Of a stretch of DNA of 51,309 nt, positions 11,621 through 23,301 are shown one piece after another. Under the pieces are notes generated by a model, which saw nothing but the letters and a program-made list of their open reading frames with translations, was not told the origin of the DNA and did no database searches. Where the stretch lies: the NCBI RefSeq assembly GCF_001194135.2, contig NC_068989.1:26909407-26960715 (forward strand), written 5' to 3'. The translations under genes were made by a program, and so were the position numbers. Each line of letters begins with the position of its first letter. Position 1 is the first letter of the stretch. Source of the stretch: Octopus bimaculoides. Taxonomy: Eukaryota.

Positions 11621-12446
11621 GGACCCTCTCTGATCCAGTGATAACAAGAAGACTGAAAGGATGTCTGCAACCAAATAACTTTACTCAAACTAACACTTTG
11701 CAACTGAATCAGTGGACGTAAAGATGCCTCTCTTTACTCGATAATTTATGCACTACATTGCAGAAATCACAATCTAAATATATCTCAAAGGAAACTTTTA
11801 AACTGTTGTACCATTGAATTACAAATAACGCTCACCTTACAAAACTACAATTGTATCCGTCTTGGCTTAGGAAAACTGACTAAATTGTGGGGGCTAAATA
11901 CTCATAACGGGTCTTAATAACTCCTAAGAGGTTGAAATTTTAGGAATACAACTTCATTTGTGTCGAATATCTACGGTCAAAATTTCATCAACAGCAAGAG
12001 GGAGAAACACAGACGCAAAAACACACACATGGACTTACATTTATACATACATACATATATATATATANNNNNNNNNNNNNNNNNNNNNNNNNNNNNNNNN
12101 NNNNNNNNNNNNNNNNNNNNNNNNNNNNNNNNNNNNNNNNNNNNNNNNNNNNNNNNNNNNNNNNNNNNNNNNNNNNNNNNNNNNNNNNNNNNNNNNNNNN
12201 NNNNNNNNNNNNNNNNNNNNNNNNNNNNNNNNNNNNNNNNNNNNNNNNNNNNNNNNNNNNNNNNNNNNNNNNNNNNNNNNNNNNNNNNNNNNNNNNNNNN
12301 NNNNNNNNNNNNNNNNNNNNNNNNNNNNNNNNNNNNNNNNNNNNNNNNNNNNNNNNNNNNNNNNNNNNNNNNNNNNNNNNNNNNNNNNNNNNNNNNNNNN
12401 NNNNNNNNNNNNNNNNNNNNNNTATATATATACATATATATATATA

Positions 12447-13738
12447 CAGGGTGGGGAAGCAAAATTTACAATGAACTTTAAGTTGCTTTTTCTCAGCAGG
12501 CACTAAGTCAATTGTTTTGAAACCTAGCATATATTGATGTCAGGATCATACTTGACACTATTATCCTTACCTTTTCAGAAATTTTTGCCCACGTGAGTAA
12601 TCAGGAAAGCAAATGTCAAAGAGTGTGTGATTTGCTGAATGCACTCGCCACACCAAAGGAGATTTCAAGAATAGTTGGAGTGTCCATAAAGACTATTTAT
12701 AATGTAAAGAATAGAATGGATATGAGAAAAAATATTACGAGGAAGTCTGGAAGTAGAGAATCAACAAAAAACGTACCAAAGCTTTTATTAAAGCTCTCAA
12801 ATCCAAAATTCTGAAGGATCCAACCAAATCCACGAGAAAGATGGCAATTGAACTTGAAGTAGACCACAAGGCCATTACAAATGCAGTAAAATATGATTTG
12901 AGGTAAAAAAAATCTTACACAAGAACACCAAAACACTTGTTGACAACAGCTATGAAGGAAAAGGGATTGGAAAGGTGCAAGAAAATTATTACATGGTTCA
13001 AGAAAAAGTCCTCCATTGTAACGATCGTTTCAGATGAAAAGATCTTCACTGTCAATGCTGTTCTGAGCCGCAGAAATGACAGATTTATCGCAAAACCAAC
13101 TGCTGAGGTTAAGGGGACATTCAAAATAAAACATCCTGCTCAAGTTATGGCTATTGGTGTTGTGGCTTCCGATGGAAAGAAAATACCTATAAAATTCTAC
13201 AAAGCTGATGAAAAGATCAATGTTAATACTTACTACAAGACTCTGAGATACCAGGTATTGCCATGGCTTAAAGCAAATTACCCAGATGGTAATTATGTAT
13301 GGACACAGGATGGTGCTCCAGCCCACACAGCTAGAAATATACAAGATTTCTGCAAATCCAACTTTAGCAATTTTTTGGAATCATGTTTATGGCCGCCTTT
13401 TAGCCCAGATCTAAACCCTCTGGATTATGCTATTTGGGGCGTTTTAGAACATGCTATCAATAGAACATCACACAGCAATGTCGACTCTCTTAAAGATACT
13501 ATTAAAGAAGAATGGGAGAAGTTGTCTCCTGAATATTTGAGGAACACTTGCACAAGTTTCAGGAAGCGTGTGAAGGCAGTTATTGAGCAAGAAGGAGGAC
13601 ACAGAGAATAAAAACATTTTCTATTATGTAGATTTTCTTGTGACAAATAAATTCTCATAACTTTCGATAAACTAATTGGTCATACACTGTCTTTCAATCC
13701 CTGCCTCCAAACATTGTAAATTTTGCTTCCGCACCCTG
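12447..13738 (+). mobile_element. Full-length Tc1/mariner element, DD37D (maT-type), 1292 bp
   Basis: 27-bp TIRs CAGGGTGGGGAAGCAAAATTTACAATG (12447-12473) and its complement at 13712-13738 with 1 mismatch, flanked by TA within a (TA)n tract. Confidence 0.95.
12593..13611 (+). pseudogene. DD37D transposase with one frameshift (about 12755) and one in-frame TAA (12904)
   Basis: N-terminal HTH-like region EISRIVGVSIKTIYNVK. Catalytic SDEK, QDGAPAH and SPDLNPLDY motifs with 37 residues between the second and third Asp. The start codon reads GTG. Confidence 0.93.
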
Positions 13739-14449
13739 TATATATATATGTATATACACACAAAAAATCATGAGTTAGAGGTTATACAACCGTCTAAGGG
13801 TTGAATATATCTGTAGGCACTACTGGTGTATAACCTCGCTATGTATAGGCCTTGCTATAAGGGTAACAGTAGTTGGTAATTTAACTGGTAGAACCGTGGT
13901 TTAATATATTCAGATAAGAAAAGAAATGGAGCAACAATTATCAATTAGAAGTTGATCATTGGTATTAAAAGATCATAGTTTAATTGTAGTTCAAGAACAT
14001 TTACAGCTGTTTGAGTTTGTGATTTCGTCGTAAATTTTCATCTATGTCCTTCCATTTAACAAACATCGTCAGAATGATTTAGAGTTTATTGGAGGAAAAT
14101 AGGATGGAGAAAAAGGAAAATAAAAAGAAAAAGGAAAAAACGAAGAAGTTCGTTAAGCCTTTAGGCTTACATTTTTGTGCCCTTGTAGGTTTCGTGTGTG
14201 TGTACGTTTCTTCAATTAGATGCATGGAGCAATAAGTGGGGAAAATGACCAGTTGACCGGCGGTGTTAGTCGAAGGAGTTTTACCTAGTAGTAATATCCG
14301 GTGCTGTTAAATGTAAGAAATAACGCTGACAATGTTTATTAAAGGGACCGAGAAAAATGCAGATGCTTATGCAACTTCTATCTACAATGCAACAAATTAC
14401 TCTATCTAGATACGATCAGGAAGAACCGATGCTCTTTGCTCATGCACAT

Positions 14450-14830
14450 ATTGGCGTGTTCCGAAAATCCAGTGGGAACCTGTCAGTCAGTTGGAAGTGA
14501 CTGAGTAGTTCTGTGAGGATTTTACATCTCCTCACCTACCGACTAGTCCCACCCGAATTACAAGTGCGTCTAATATCGCCAACAAGACCTAAAGAGTGAG
14601 GCGTCTCAATGAAGTCTTCCAAACATCTGAAGAAATCTGACTTCCCCGCCCCAGTCCAGGAAAATAGTCCGTGTCCAGGAGTATCATACGTATCCTGCCT
14701 CCCATTCTAGGCTGACTAAGAGATACGTCCAAATTAGGGGCTAGATCGTGTGTGTCAGAAACCCTGGTCTCATTGACTATCGTCACATGCATAGCTAGTG
14801 ACCTGAATACTAGTTGTTCTCTGCTTTGCA
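14450..14830 (-). pseudogene. APE endonuclease fragment of a Tx1/L1-like LINE
   Basis: Minus strand gives ETRVSD, SDFFRCLEDFIETPHSLGLVGD and LLSHFQLTDRFPLD. Similar at DNA level to 26640-26930 (+) and 30875-31141 (-). Confidence 0.7.
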
Positions 14831-14849
14831 ATTTGCGCTTTACAGACGG

Positions 14850-16510
14850 AGAATTTGAGTTTCATGAATCGCTCTTTCAATTAGAGCAGGGAACATTTCA
14901 TTAGGTAAACGTCAAGGTTAATTGTTTTTGCCTTTCTTCCATCTCTCAAGGATGTTCCAGTCTTGCTCTTTTTGTACATGCTGGCTCTCTAAGCATTGCT
15001 ACAGAGCATTAATGTTTCGAGGGAAAACCCCTGTGCGGAATGTTTATATCGGCTTATGCAGACGACGTCGACGTAATATTGTGGTGATCGGCACTACCCT
15101 AGGGGAATACGAAGCGGTGACAAGAGGAAAGATAAGCCAGAAGTCGGTGGACCTGCACCTCGGCACCTGGAGAGTCAAGTCCCACAGCATCGTAGTATGC
15201 TCTTCGCAAAATCCTTTTTAAAATGCACAAAACCTCGTTTGGTTCGGACCTCTAGACAGAGAACTGTGGGACGTGACGAGCAGGAAGGTAAATCTCATCC
15301 AGAAATAGACAGAGAGGAAGGTATCTCAAAAATGTCGGGTAGGGTGGTAAATACGCACATCGCTTCTGTCATCTAGTACCGCGTCATCGTCACGGCTAAT
15401 TTTGTACTCGAGTGCACTGATACTTCGATATCTTCTGCATGTCCTTGCCGTTGAGCAAGTGTAGCTGCCGTTCGTCAGGCAGGAATTATCTGCAGCTCGT
15501 CCTATTGACGGAGTTATAGTCATGCATCTAGCGTATACCGAGAAAGGGTGCTGGGCTTCTAAAGTGCCCAGAAGTGCTCACAGCTCCCTACCAATCAGTC
15601 AATATAGCTGGAGGAGTTTCCATATCGGAGCTGTAAAGTGGATTAGTGACGGACAAGAGCGATGACGTCCTCATGGAAACCCGGAGCGTCGGGAAGGGAC
15701 AAACAACTGATCTTTACCAGGGGATTTTCGGGCTGGGGCCTATGGATAATTTCCAGAAATCCATCGCTTGGCAATACTACCGGGGTATCTCTGCCGGTTC
15801 GAGAAAAGCTCAACAGGCATGAAAGTGCTGTCTGACGGGCCTGTTTGAGATGTGCACAGGGCGATGAAACTGTTCTGCATGCACTGTTACAGTGCCCGAA
15901 AATTGCCGACTTGTGGAGCTTTGTGGAACAACTGCTGGTGTGTGTAGGACGGCAGAGTCAGAATCGCTGCACCACCTTATTTTGGCTGAGAAAGGTATAT
16001 AGATTGCTTTTGTTTAGTGGCTATGTCGAAAGAGATATCATGGTGGATGAGGATTAAAGAACTGAAGACAGAGCCTCTCCACTTTGGCGAAGTCCTCATT
16101 GGCTTACAAGTTCTACTTGTAATGGAGAGTGAGGGGGAGAGTAAAATCTTTCCGCTACTGCCAGTTTTTTTTGTTTGTTTTTTTTTAGAACGTGGATGAA
16201 TGTTACGAGGATGGCCCCTATGAATGGGCCTGCTCTGAACATACACTTGTAAACAGGAGGAGTTTAGGAAGAGAGAAGTAAGTGTCGGAGAGATAACTGT
16301 CGGAATACCCTTGGCATTCGGTATAGCCAGGATGTGTGGGGTTTCTTACTTGAACTAAGGTGGAAATTCCGATTTTGCGAAATTTGAAATTTTCTTGTTC
16401 AAATTTTGGCTTTAATATATACACATGTCCTTGTACTAAAGCGCACCTATTCCTTGTTTTGTATTGTTCCTTATTGTTTTGTGTTCAGTTCTTGTTGCCT
16501 ATTATAAAGA
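14850..16510 (+). mobile_element. Tx1/L1-like LINE 3' half (RT, CCHC finger, 3' UTR), decayed
   Basis: QGC motif near 14955, ISAYADDV near 15050, C-terminal RCAQGDETVLHALLQCP finger at 15845, and a T-rich UTR ending TATTATAAAG. Confidence 0.85.
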
Positions 16511-18349
16511 CTATTATTATTAGATCTTAGTTATTCCTTAATATCCATGTAGACTGTTCACTTTCATCAAATTTAGCAGCATTATCATGTGCAAGAAGCT
16601 ACAGCATAGCGCTATAGTTAAATCAAATGTAAATTGATACAGTCTATAGTCGATTAAAGCAACATTAACAATAAGTTTTGTGACTGAAGGAAAGCTAATT
16701 GAGGATTGTGCTTTAGTTGTGTAAAATACTGACAATGCAGCTTTATATATCAACGAGAAGAAGTTCAAATCTAAAGTCTCAAAGTCGATTATTGCTAAAT
16801 GTGAAAAAGGATCTAATAGGAACCAAAGAAATACTTTAAGTCATTCTTTTCAACGATCTAAAATTATTTCCCTTAAGAGTCAACTTTTATGATGATTATG
16901 CGATGGTAACTATATTAGATTTTTATAGGAATTAACTACGCTGCAATGATCATACACAAAGGATTAGTAAATATTTTAAATGCAGCCACAATAAAATATA
17001 CTTAAGGAAGCCTATAGTCGATTGAAGCAACTTTAACGTTTCCATTTCGGAATGCTAATGATATGAGAAAGATAAAATGCATGGTTGTCGTCAAATATGA
17101 TTTCAATAAACACTTAAAATAGATATCGCGAAACATTTTGTCCTACGCTTTAAGATCCCTTGTCACTCATTAAAGATTAATTTGAATATCTCGATGCGGA
17201 TTCCATTTTTAGTAGCTACCAGTTTGTTTTTTTATATATATATATGTTAAGCTTTTGGTCGTATATTTCCACTATTTTACTACGTTTTATTGAAATTCAC
17301 AGTATTGAAGCAATTTCAGAAAACTGAATAAAAGTAAATAAATCAGTGTAAAATATGTCTTGAACATATGTTATAATATTTTCTACTATTGGATACTTTA
17401 CCCCAAAGCTATGGAATATTTCAAAATTTTAAAACAAATTCTCAATGATAGATCGATGACAAATAGCTAATACTTATATATCTAAATATTTTTACATTTT
17501 TTAAGAGAGAGAAAGAGAGAGTGAGAGAGAATATGTGAGTGTGTGTGTGTGTGTGTGTATGTGTTTGTGTTATTTTTTCTGCTTGGTGTCTGATTATTTG
17601 AATCCAAATGAAAACATATTGATCTTCTAGTCATACAGAATGAAAGTGAAGTAAGTCAAAGAATATTCAAATGAAAGTCGTGCAAAGAAACAATATATTG
17701 AAGGACACTTGGAAGAGCATAATATTGATAAGAATTATAATCAATCGATATTTTAATATTTGCATTTGAATCTAACCTCTGTGTAGAATCGAAAGATATG
17801 AAAAAAAGTCTGACATACAAATGACATACAAATAATGCGATATATTCAGACTTCAACGTCAGAAAAAAAATTCGAAAGTATTTATGTTGTGTTGTATATT
17901 TTTATTCTGATCTTAGTTTTTATTTATTAAAACATGAAGATCGCCATTAATCATTTTCATCACCATCGTAATCATCAACATCGTCCTACTTATCATCATC
18001 ATCATCATTATCAATATTATCGAAAGAAAAAAATTACAAATATCATCGGTGTCGTTGACACCAATATTTTTGTTCTTTTTGCTGTTTTGATTTTCTCAAT
18101 ATCACATCTACATTTAAAACTGTCGTTTTTTTTTACTATTTCTGCTCTTACGATAACTAATACTACAATTGATACTAATACATGTTAAAGCACAAAGATT
18201 TAGTTTGTAGTCTCATTTACATCCTGTTTCATCTGGTACCAGTTACTTATTGATTGCAAAGATATATAATGTGTAATGTCCGAGAGGAAGAAGTCTGTGC
18301 TAATATACGAAAACATCATCATCATCACTATCATTATTATTATTTGATA

Positions 18350-18624
18350 TGATATGGTGTTTTCCACAGTTATAATGTGTGGCCATTTTTGTGACTGTAG
18401 CTGTTGTATCTACTCTGGTAGCCATGATTTTTTTTTTGTATTAGATACAGCGTATCCCTTCTATACCGGAATGGTAATAAACCGCTTCGTCTATCATGCT
18501 ATCGCTGATAGCTCTGCAAAACACCGAATTTGAACTGTCTACCTTGACTCTGACTCGAACTCGACTAAACATGCAACTTACTCTTAACTCCAATTCAGAC
18601 TCGCACAACGACTGACACATGACC
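18350..18624. repeat. Left part of an interrupted LTR-like repeat (target of the retroposon array)
   Basis: Collinear with 23302-23580 (TTCCACAGTTATAATGTG, CTGTAGCTGTTGTATCTAC, GACTCGAACTCGAC, ACTCGCAC, CAACGACTGA.ACA.GAC). Confidence 0.85.
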
Positions 18625-20163
18625 CAATTTCTTTATATGGCCACACAGGACCTGACATAGAGGCGACAAAAAAGGACAAAGTGGGGAAGACAAAAAGAAA
18701 ACGAATGAAAAAGATGGAATTGAAAACTGAAAAAGGAATGAACGCTACTCGACCCCATGACCGGGTAGTTTCATTGAATCTTTTTTACAACACATTCGAT
18801 TGCTTTTTCTTTTCTTTTTTCCTTCTAAATCACAGTCAAAATACTACGATAACAATTACAGTTATATGTTGGATCCTACTATACACAATTACATAATCTT
18901 TTTCCATTTTTATTGGGGGGGGGCACAATTATAAAACATAACTTAAGCCGTTAAAACATTACTGTGATAATCATTGTTCAAAACTGAGTCAAAGATTTTT
19001 AAGTTGCAATTACCGTTCATTCTTATTGTCCCTGAATAAATTTCACTCAAACTTACATTACGCTGTAACGTGTTCAGGTCGACGTCTCTTCTCGTGTAGT
19101 AGACATATCTCCTGCATTTGCTTTTTAACTTATGATAATTCACTTTCAACATGAGGAAACACCTTACACTTGGGTGTAACACTTCTATATCAGAGTTCAC
19201 CATCTCAACTTCTTTTCTCACTCAGACGTTTACACTGTTGTATAAAGCGATAAGGTACGTTTCCCTGGATGAAGGGTTGGGAGTTTGTTGGTTTTGTGTG
19301 TTTGCATTATTTGTGTCTCTATCTGGAGGGGTAAATATAGGGTTGGGTGGAGCAGGAGAGAAGGTACTGGATTGGGTTGGGGTTCTTCCTCACAGGTTTG
19401 CTGTTTTCTTTTTTCCTGTTCTCTTTTCCTCTTCTCTTTTCCTCTTCTTGCCCACCTCTGTCCATTATGTTGATTTTTCTTTTTGTACTCCTGTTTTTTT
19501 CTTTTCTCTACTGGAGATTCTTTTGGTTCTTCTACGGGGTGGAGAGGAAACCACTTGGCCTTTATGTGTCCCAACTGTCCACAGTTGTAGGACCTCGGCC
19601 TTCTACCTTCCACCACAACTCTAAACCTCACCTCGTCTCCTCCCGTTATATTGTTGACCATCTCTAAGGCATCCTGGATTATTATTATTTCCAGTGTCTG
19701 CACTAGCCAATTCTTCGTTGGTATCTTTGTCGTCTGTAGGATTGTAATCCTTTCCTCGAAGCCCATTACAATTGTCGCAATTATCCAGTTTATTCCTTCC
19801 ACTCTTACCCTAGTTGCACGTCTTCCCAGGTAGATAGGTAGAAGTGCTACCTTGTCTGTCTTTATGGAGATCGCGAAATGATACCTGGCTATCGCCTCGC
19901 AGGTAAACCGTACCTCCACCGCCGCGAATTTCGGCCCTCTGGTAATGTAGATAATGTCCCGCCAGGTGGGTCTTAGTGCTTTTCTATTAGGTCTTTAGCC
20001 AATATTTCCATCTTGTTGGATTTCGGGTTATCTGTTCTGTATGCGATACTTCTTTCCTTGATAAATCTTGTATTGTCGATAGGGGGCGACGCTTTCACCT
20101 GCTGTCCAACGTTTCTTTACATTTTTGCATTTCCTTCTGTATCACGATGTTAACAGGATGAAA
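18625..20163 (-). mobile_element. ORF1-only LINE derivative B (about 1.5 kb)
   Basis: ORF 19919-19230 plus 19221-18943 contains LPIYLGRRATRVRV and a degenerate knuckle RSYNCGQLGHIKAKW. About 320 nt of 3' UTR ends GGCCATATAAAGAA. No ORF2. Confidence 0.8.
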
Positions 20164-20179
20164 GACTGACACACGACTC

Positions 20180-21424
20180 TTCTTTTTTAATTAGCCACAC
20201 AGGGCCTAACACAGAGAGAACAGCACATGTTGGGGACAGAAAAAAAATGGATGGAAATGATTAATTAGATAAAATGATAAATGAAATGAATCCGTTTGGC
20301 CCCACCTCCAAGCGACTTCATTGAACCTATTAATACAACTTCGTTTTAAAATATCATTTGTGACAGTTTAAAACATTATTTCTAACAGCTAATTTTCATC
20401 TTTCCGAAGAATATCAGGTGGGTCGTGGATTGGGGTTGGTGTCTTTAAGAAGGAGTTGGAGAAGAGTGGGTGTGGGTGGGAGTCGGGTGGGTGTGGGTGG
20501 AAGTCGGGTGCGTGTGGGTGGGAGTTGGGTGCCTGTGGGATGGGGTCGTCATTTACAAAGTGTTCGTTTTCCTTCTCTTCTTTTTTTCCAGCCGTTTCCC
20601 ATCCGTTCTTTTCCTCGTTCACTTCCTCNNNNNNNNNNNNNNNNNNNNNNNNNNNNNNNNNNNNNNNNNNNNNNNNNNNNNNNNNNNNNNNNNNNNNNNN
20701 NNNNNNNNNNNNNNNNNNNNNNNNNNNNNNNNNNNNNNNNNNNNNNNNNNNNNNNNNNNNNNNNNNNNNNNNNNNNNNNNNNNNNNNNNNNNNNNNNNNN
20801 NNNNNNNNNNNNNNNNNNNNNNNNNNNNNNNNNNNNNNNNNNNNNNNNNNNNNNNNNNNNNNNNNNNNNNNNNNNNNNNNNNNNNNNNNNNNNNNNNNNN
20901 NNNNNNNNNNNNNNNNNNNNNNNNNNNNNNNNNNNNNNNNNNNNNNNNNNNNNNNNNNNNNNNNNNNNNNNNNNNNNNNNNNNNNNNNNNNNNNNNNNNN
21001 NNNNNNNNNNNNNNNNNNNNNNNNNNNNNNNNNNNNNNNNNNNNNNNNNNNNNNNNNNNNNNNNNNNNNNNNNNNNNNNNNNNNNNNNNNNNNNNNNNNN
21101 NNNNNNNNNNNNNNNNNNNNNNNNNNNNNNNNNNNNNNNNNNNNNNNNNNNNNNNNNNNNNNNNNNNNNNNNNNNNNNNNNNNNNNNNNNNNNNNNNNNN
21201 NNNNNNNNCATTGCTTCATTTATTCTCTTCAAACATTCAATCAGCCCTTCCTCAGACGACGTAAAGTCTGAAGAAGAAGTATTCAAACCTTCGTATTCCA
21301 TTATGAAGGCACGAAACTACGACATTCCCCCATCAAACAAGATGTCGAACAATACCACCGCAAGACGGCAGAACGCACGTGTTCTACACAAAGACACCAG
21401 TTGAACAGTAATCAACAAGGCAAT
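20180..21424 (-). mobile_element. Short LINE derivative C (about 1.25 kb including a 580-N gap)
   Basis: ORF starts MEYEGLNTSSSDFTSSEEGLIECL (compare element A, MASEEAIEECMEEC), ends in an E/K- and P/H-rich tract, and has the same 3' tail (TAGGCCCTGTGTGGCTAATTAAAAAAGAA). Confidence 0.7.
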
Positions 21425-21438
21425 GACTGACACACGAC

Positions 21439-23195
21439 ATATCTTCATTGGCCATCGGGGCCCTACACAGAAAGGACAGCACAAGGACAGACACTACAAT
21501 ACAAAGTGAGGACATAAAACATGAACGTATGGAGGGGAATGAACTATATAATAAATGAAGGTGAAATGGCGACACGAGCCCCATTTTCGAGTGGTTACGT
21601 TAAGCTGCTTTTGATGTTATAGGATTTTTATCTGTTTTTCATTTAATAATATCAAAATTTACTCACATTTTTTTACCAGTTTATATATGGTGCTAATCCT
21701 TCAAAGTTTACGACTGGAGGTAGGGTATTGTACTACACCTCCAATCTTAAAGGGTCAATCTTCGAACCGAAAAATTCCCTCAATATGGCGGGTCTTTCCC
21801 TGTCTATCAGTATGCATTTTGTGTTTTCTGTGTAATCTTCTGCCGGCAATTTAACTCTTATCACCGATTTGAAGTTGGTGATAATTCGTTCAATATCCGT
21901 GCTTTTAGTATGCCATTATGTATGCTTAGTTTTTAGGGAGGATTTTGCGGGACTGTGTGTTATGCCACTCTGTGCCTGTGTATGCTTGTTTACGTGGACT
22001 ATCTGGGATGGTTTCCTTTTGGAGGAACTTTGCTGTGTATGTGTATCTTGTGTGCTGTATGCTTGCTGTATAATCTCCTCTATTTTGCTGTTCTTCCTCT
22101 TCTACTTTGTAATTTTAGGAGATGTATTCACCGTTTCCTTTCTTTACTTTTTCGATACTTCAGCGAATCCCTCCTCCTTTGTATCGTCCATACTCTCCTC
22201 CTGGGCTCGGGCTGCCGTTACGGTAGCCTTCTTCGTTCCTCTGGTTCTCTGTGATTTCACAGTTTATCGGGAAGCACTTTATTTTAATGTGCCCCTTTTC
22301 TCCACAGTGGTAGCAGGTAAGCGGTTTTCCCTCTAACACTGCTCTCAGCTCTGTATCTTGCGGCAACAGCACCTATTCTGCTATTTCATCCAAGAGTGGC
22401 CTGGATAAAGATTTCCAGGCCGTAATCCCACTAATTCATTTTCTTCGTTCTTGCAACTTGGATTAACTGTGCAACTTCTGTGGTTCTGTACATCACAGCT
22501 GCCCCCAGCCACGCTTCTTTCAGGTGACACTCTGCTGATCATAATTCTTGCAAATCTTTTGCCGTAATAGTTCGGAAGGAGCACGCACTCTTGTGATCTC
22601 AGCGGCACAGTGGAATGATTGCCTCTTCTTCTGTGGAAAACCTCACCCCACTGTGCCATATCTTCTCCCTCTAGTGTAGAATGTCGCAGCACTCTTCCAT
22701 ACATTCCTCAATGGCTTCCTCTGATGCCATCTCTATTTTCTTATTGGTTATGGACATCGTTCTGTATACCACCGTCCTCCTTCTGGTGGTTACATCCTCC
22801 GGAGGTGGGGGAGGGGTCAACCTTTATCTTAATCCCTCCTTCTGGATCAGTTCCTTGCACCTCTCCAACTTCTCTCTTTCAATCGTCACTTCCGTACCTC
22901 CACGACATTCATTGTGGTGGTACAACTTCCAGCTGCCGAGGCATAGCTCCCGGTATAGGCTCGTTCCGGTACGCTGTTCATTTTTTCCAAAGTCTCTTCG
23001 CCCTTAAATGGGGAAAAGAAAACAAACAATTTCACAGGCCCGCAGACAAAACGGCAACAGTCTTCAAAGGAATTCAACAATAGGCACAAAGCTTTCAACA
23101 GTCATACAAACAAGGATAATCGACGAATCACAAGGGTTTAAGCAAAAGCGAATAACGCAGATACTCGGCTGTACACCGAACGGCGTACATTCGCT
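21439..23195 (-). mobile_element. ORF1-only LINE derivative A (about 1.75 kb)
   Basis: Frameshifted ORF1 with LPNYYGKRFARIMI and an intact gag-type knuckle CYHCGEKGHIKIKC, followed directly by a 3' UTR ending GGGCCCCGATGGCCAATGAAGA. No ORF2. Confidence 0.85.
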
Positions 23196-23301
23196 GACTG
23201 ACACACAACTACCTGTACTGGTGACGTTGTCTCACTCTATAGTGGCTGTGGATGGTTGCTTATATTCTCACGAATTGCTTATATTATCGTCACAACTGTT
23301 A

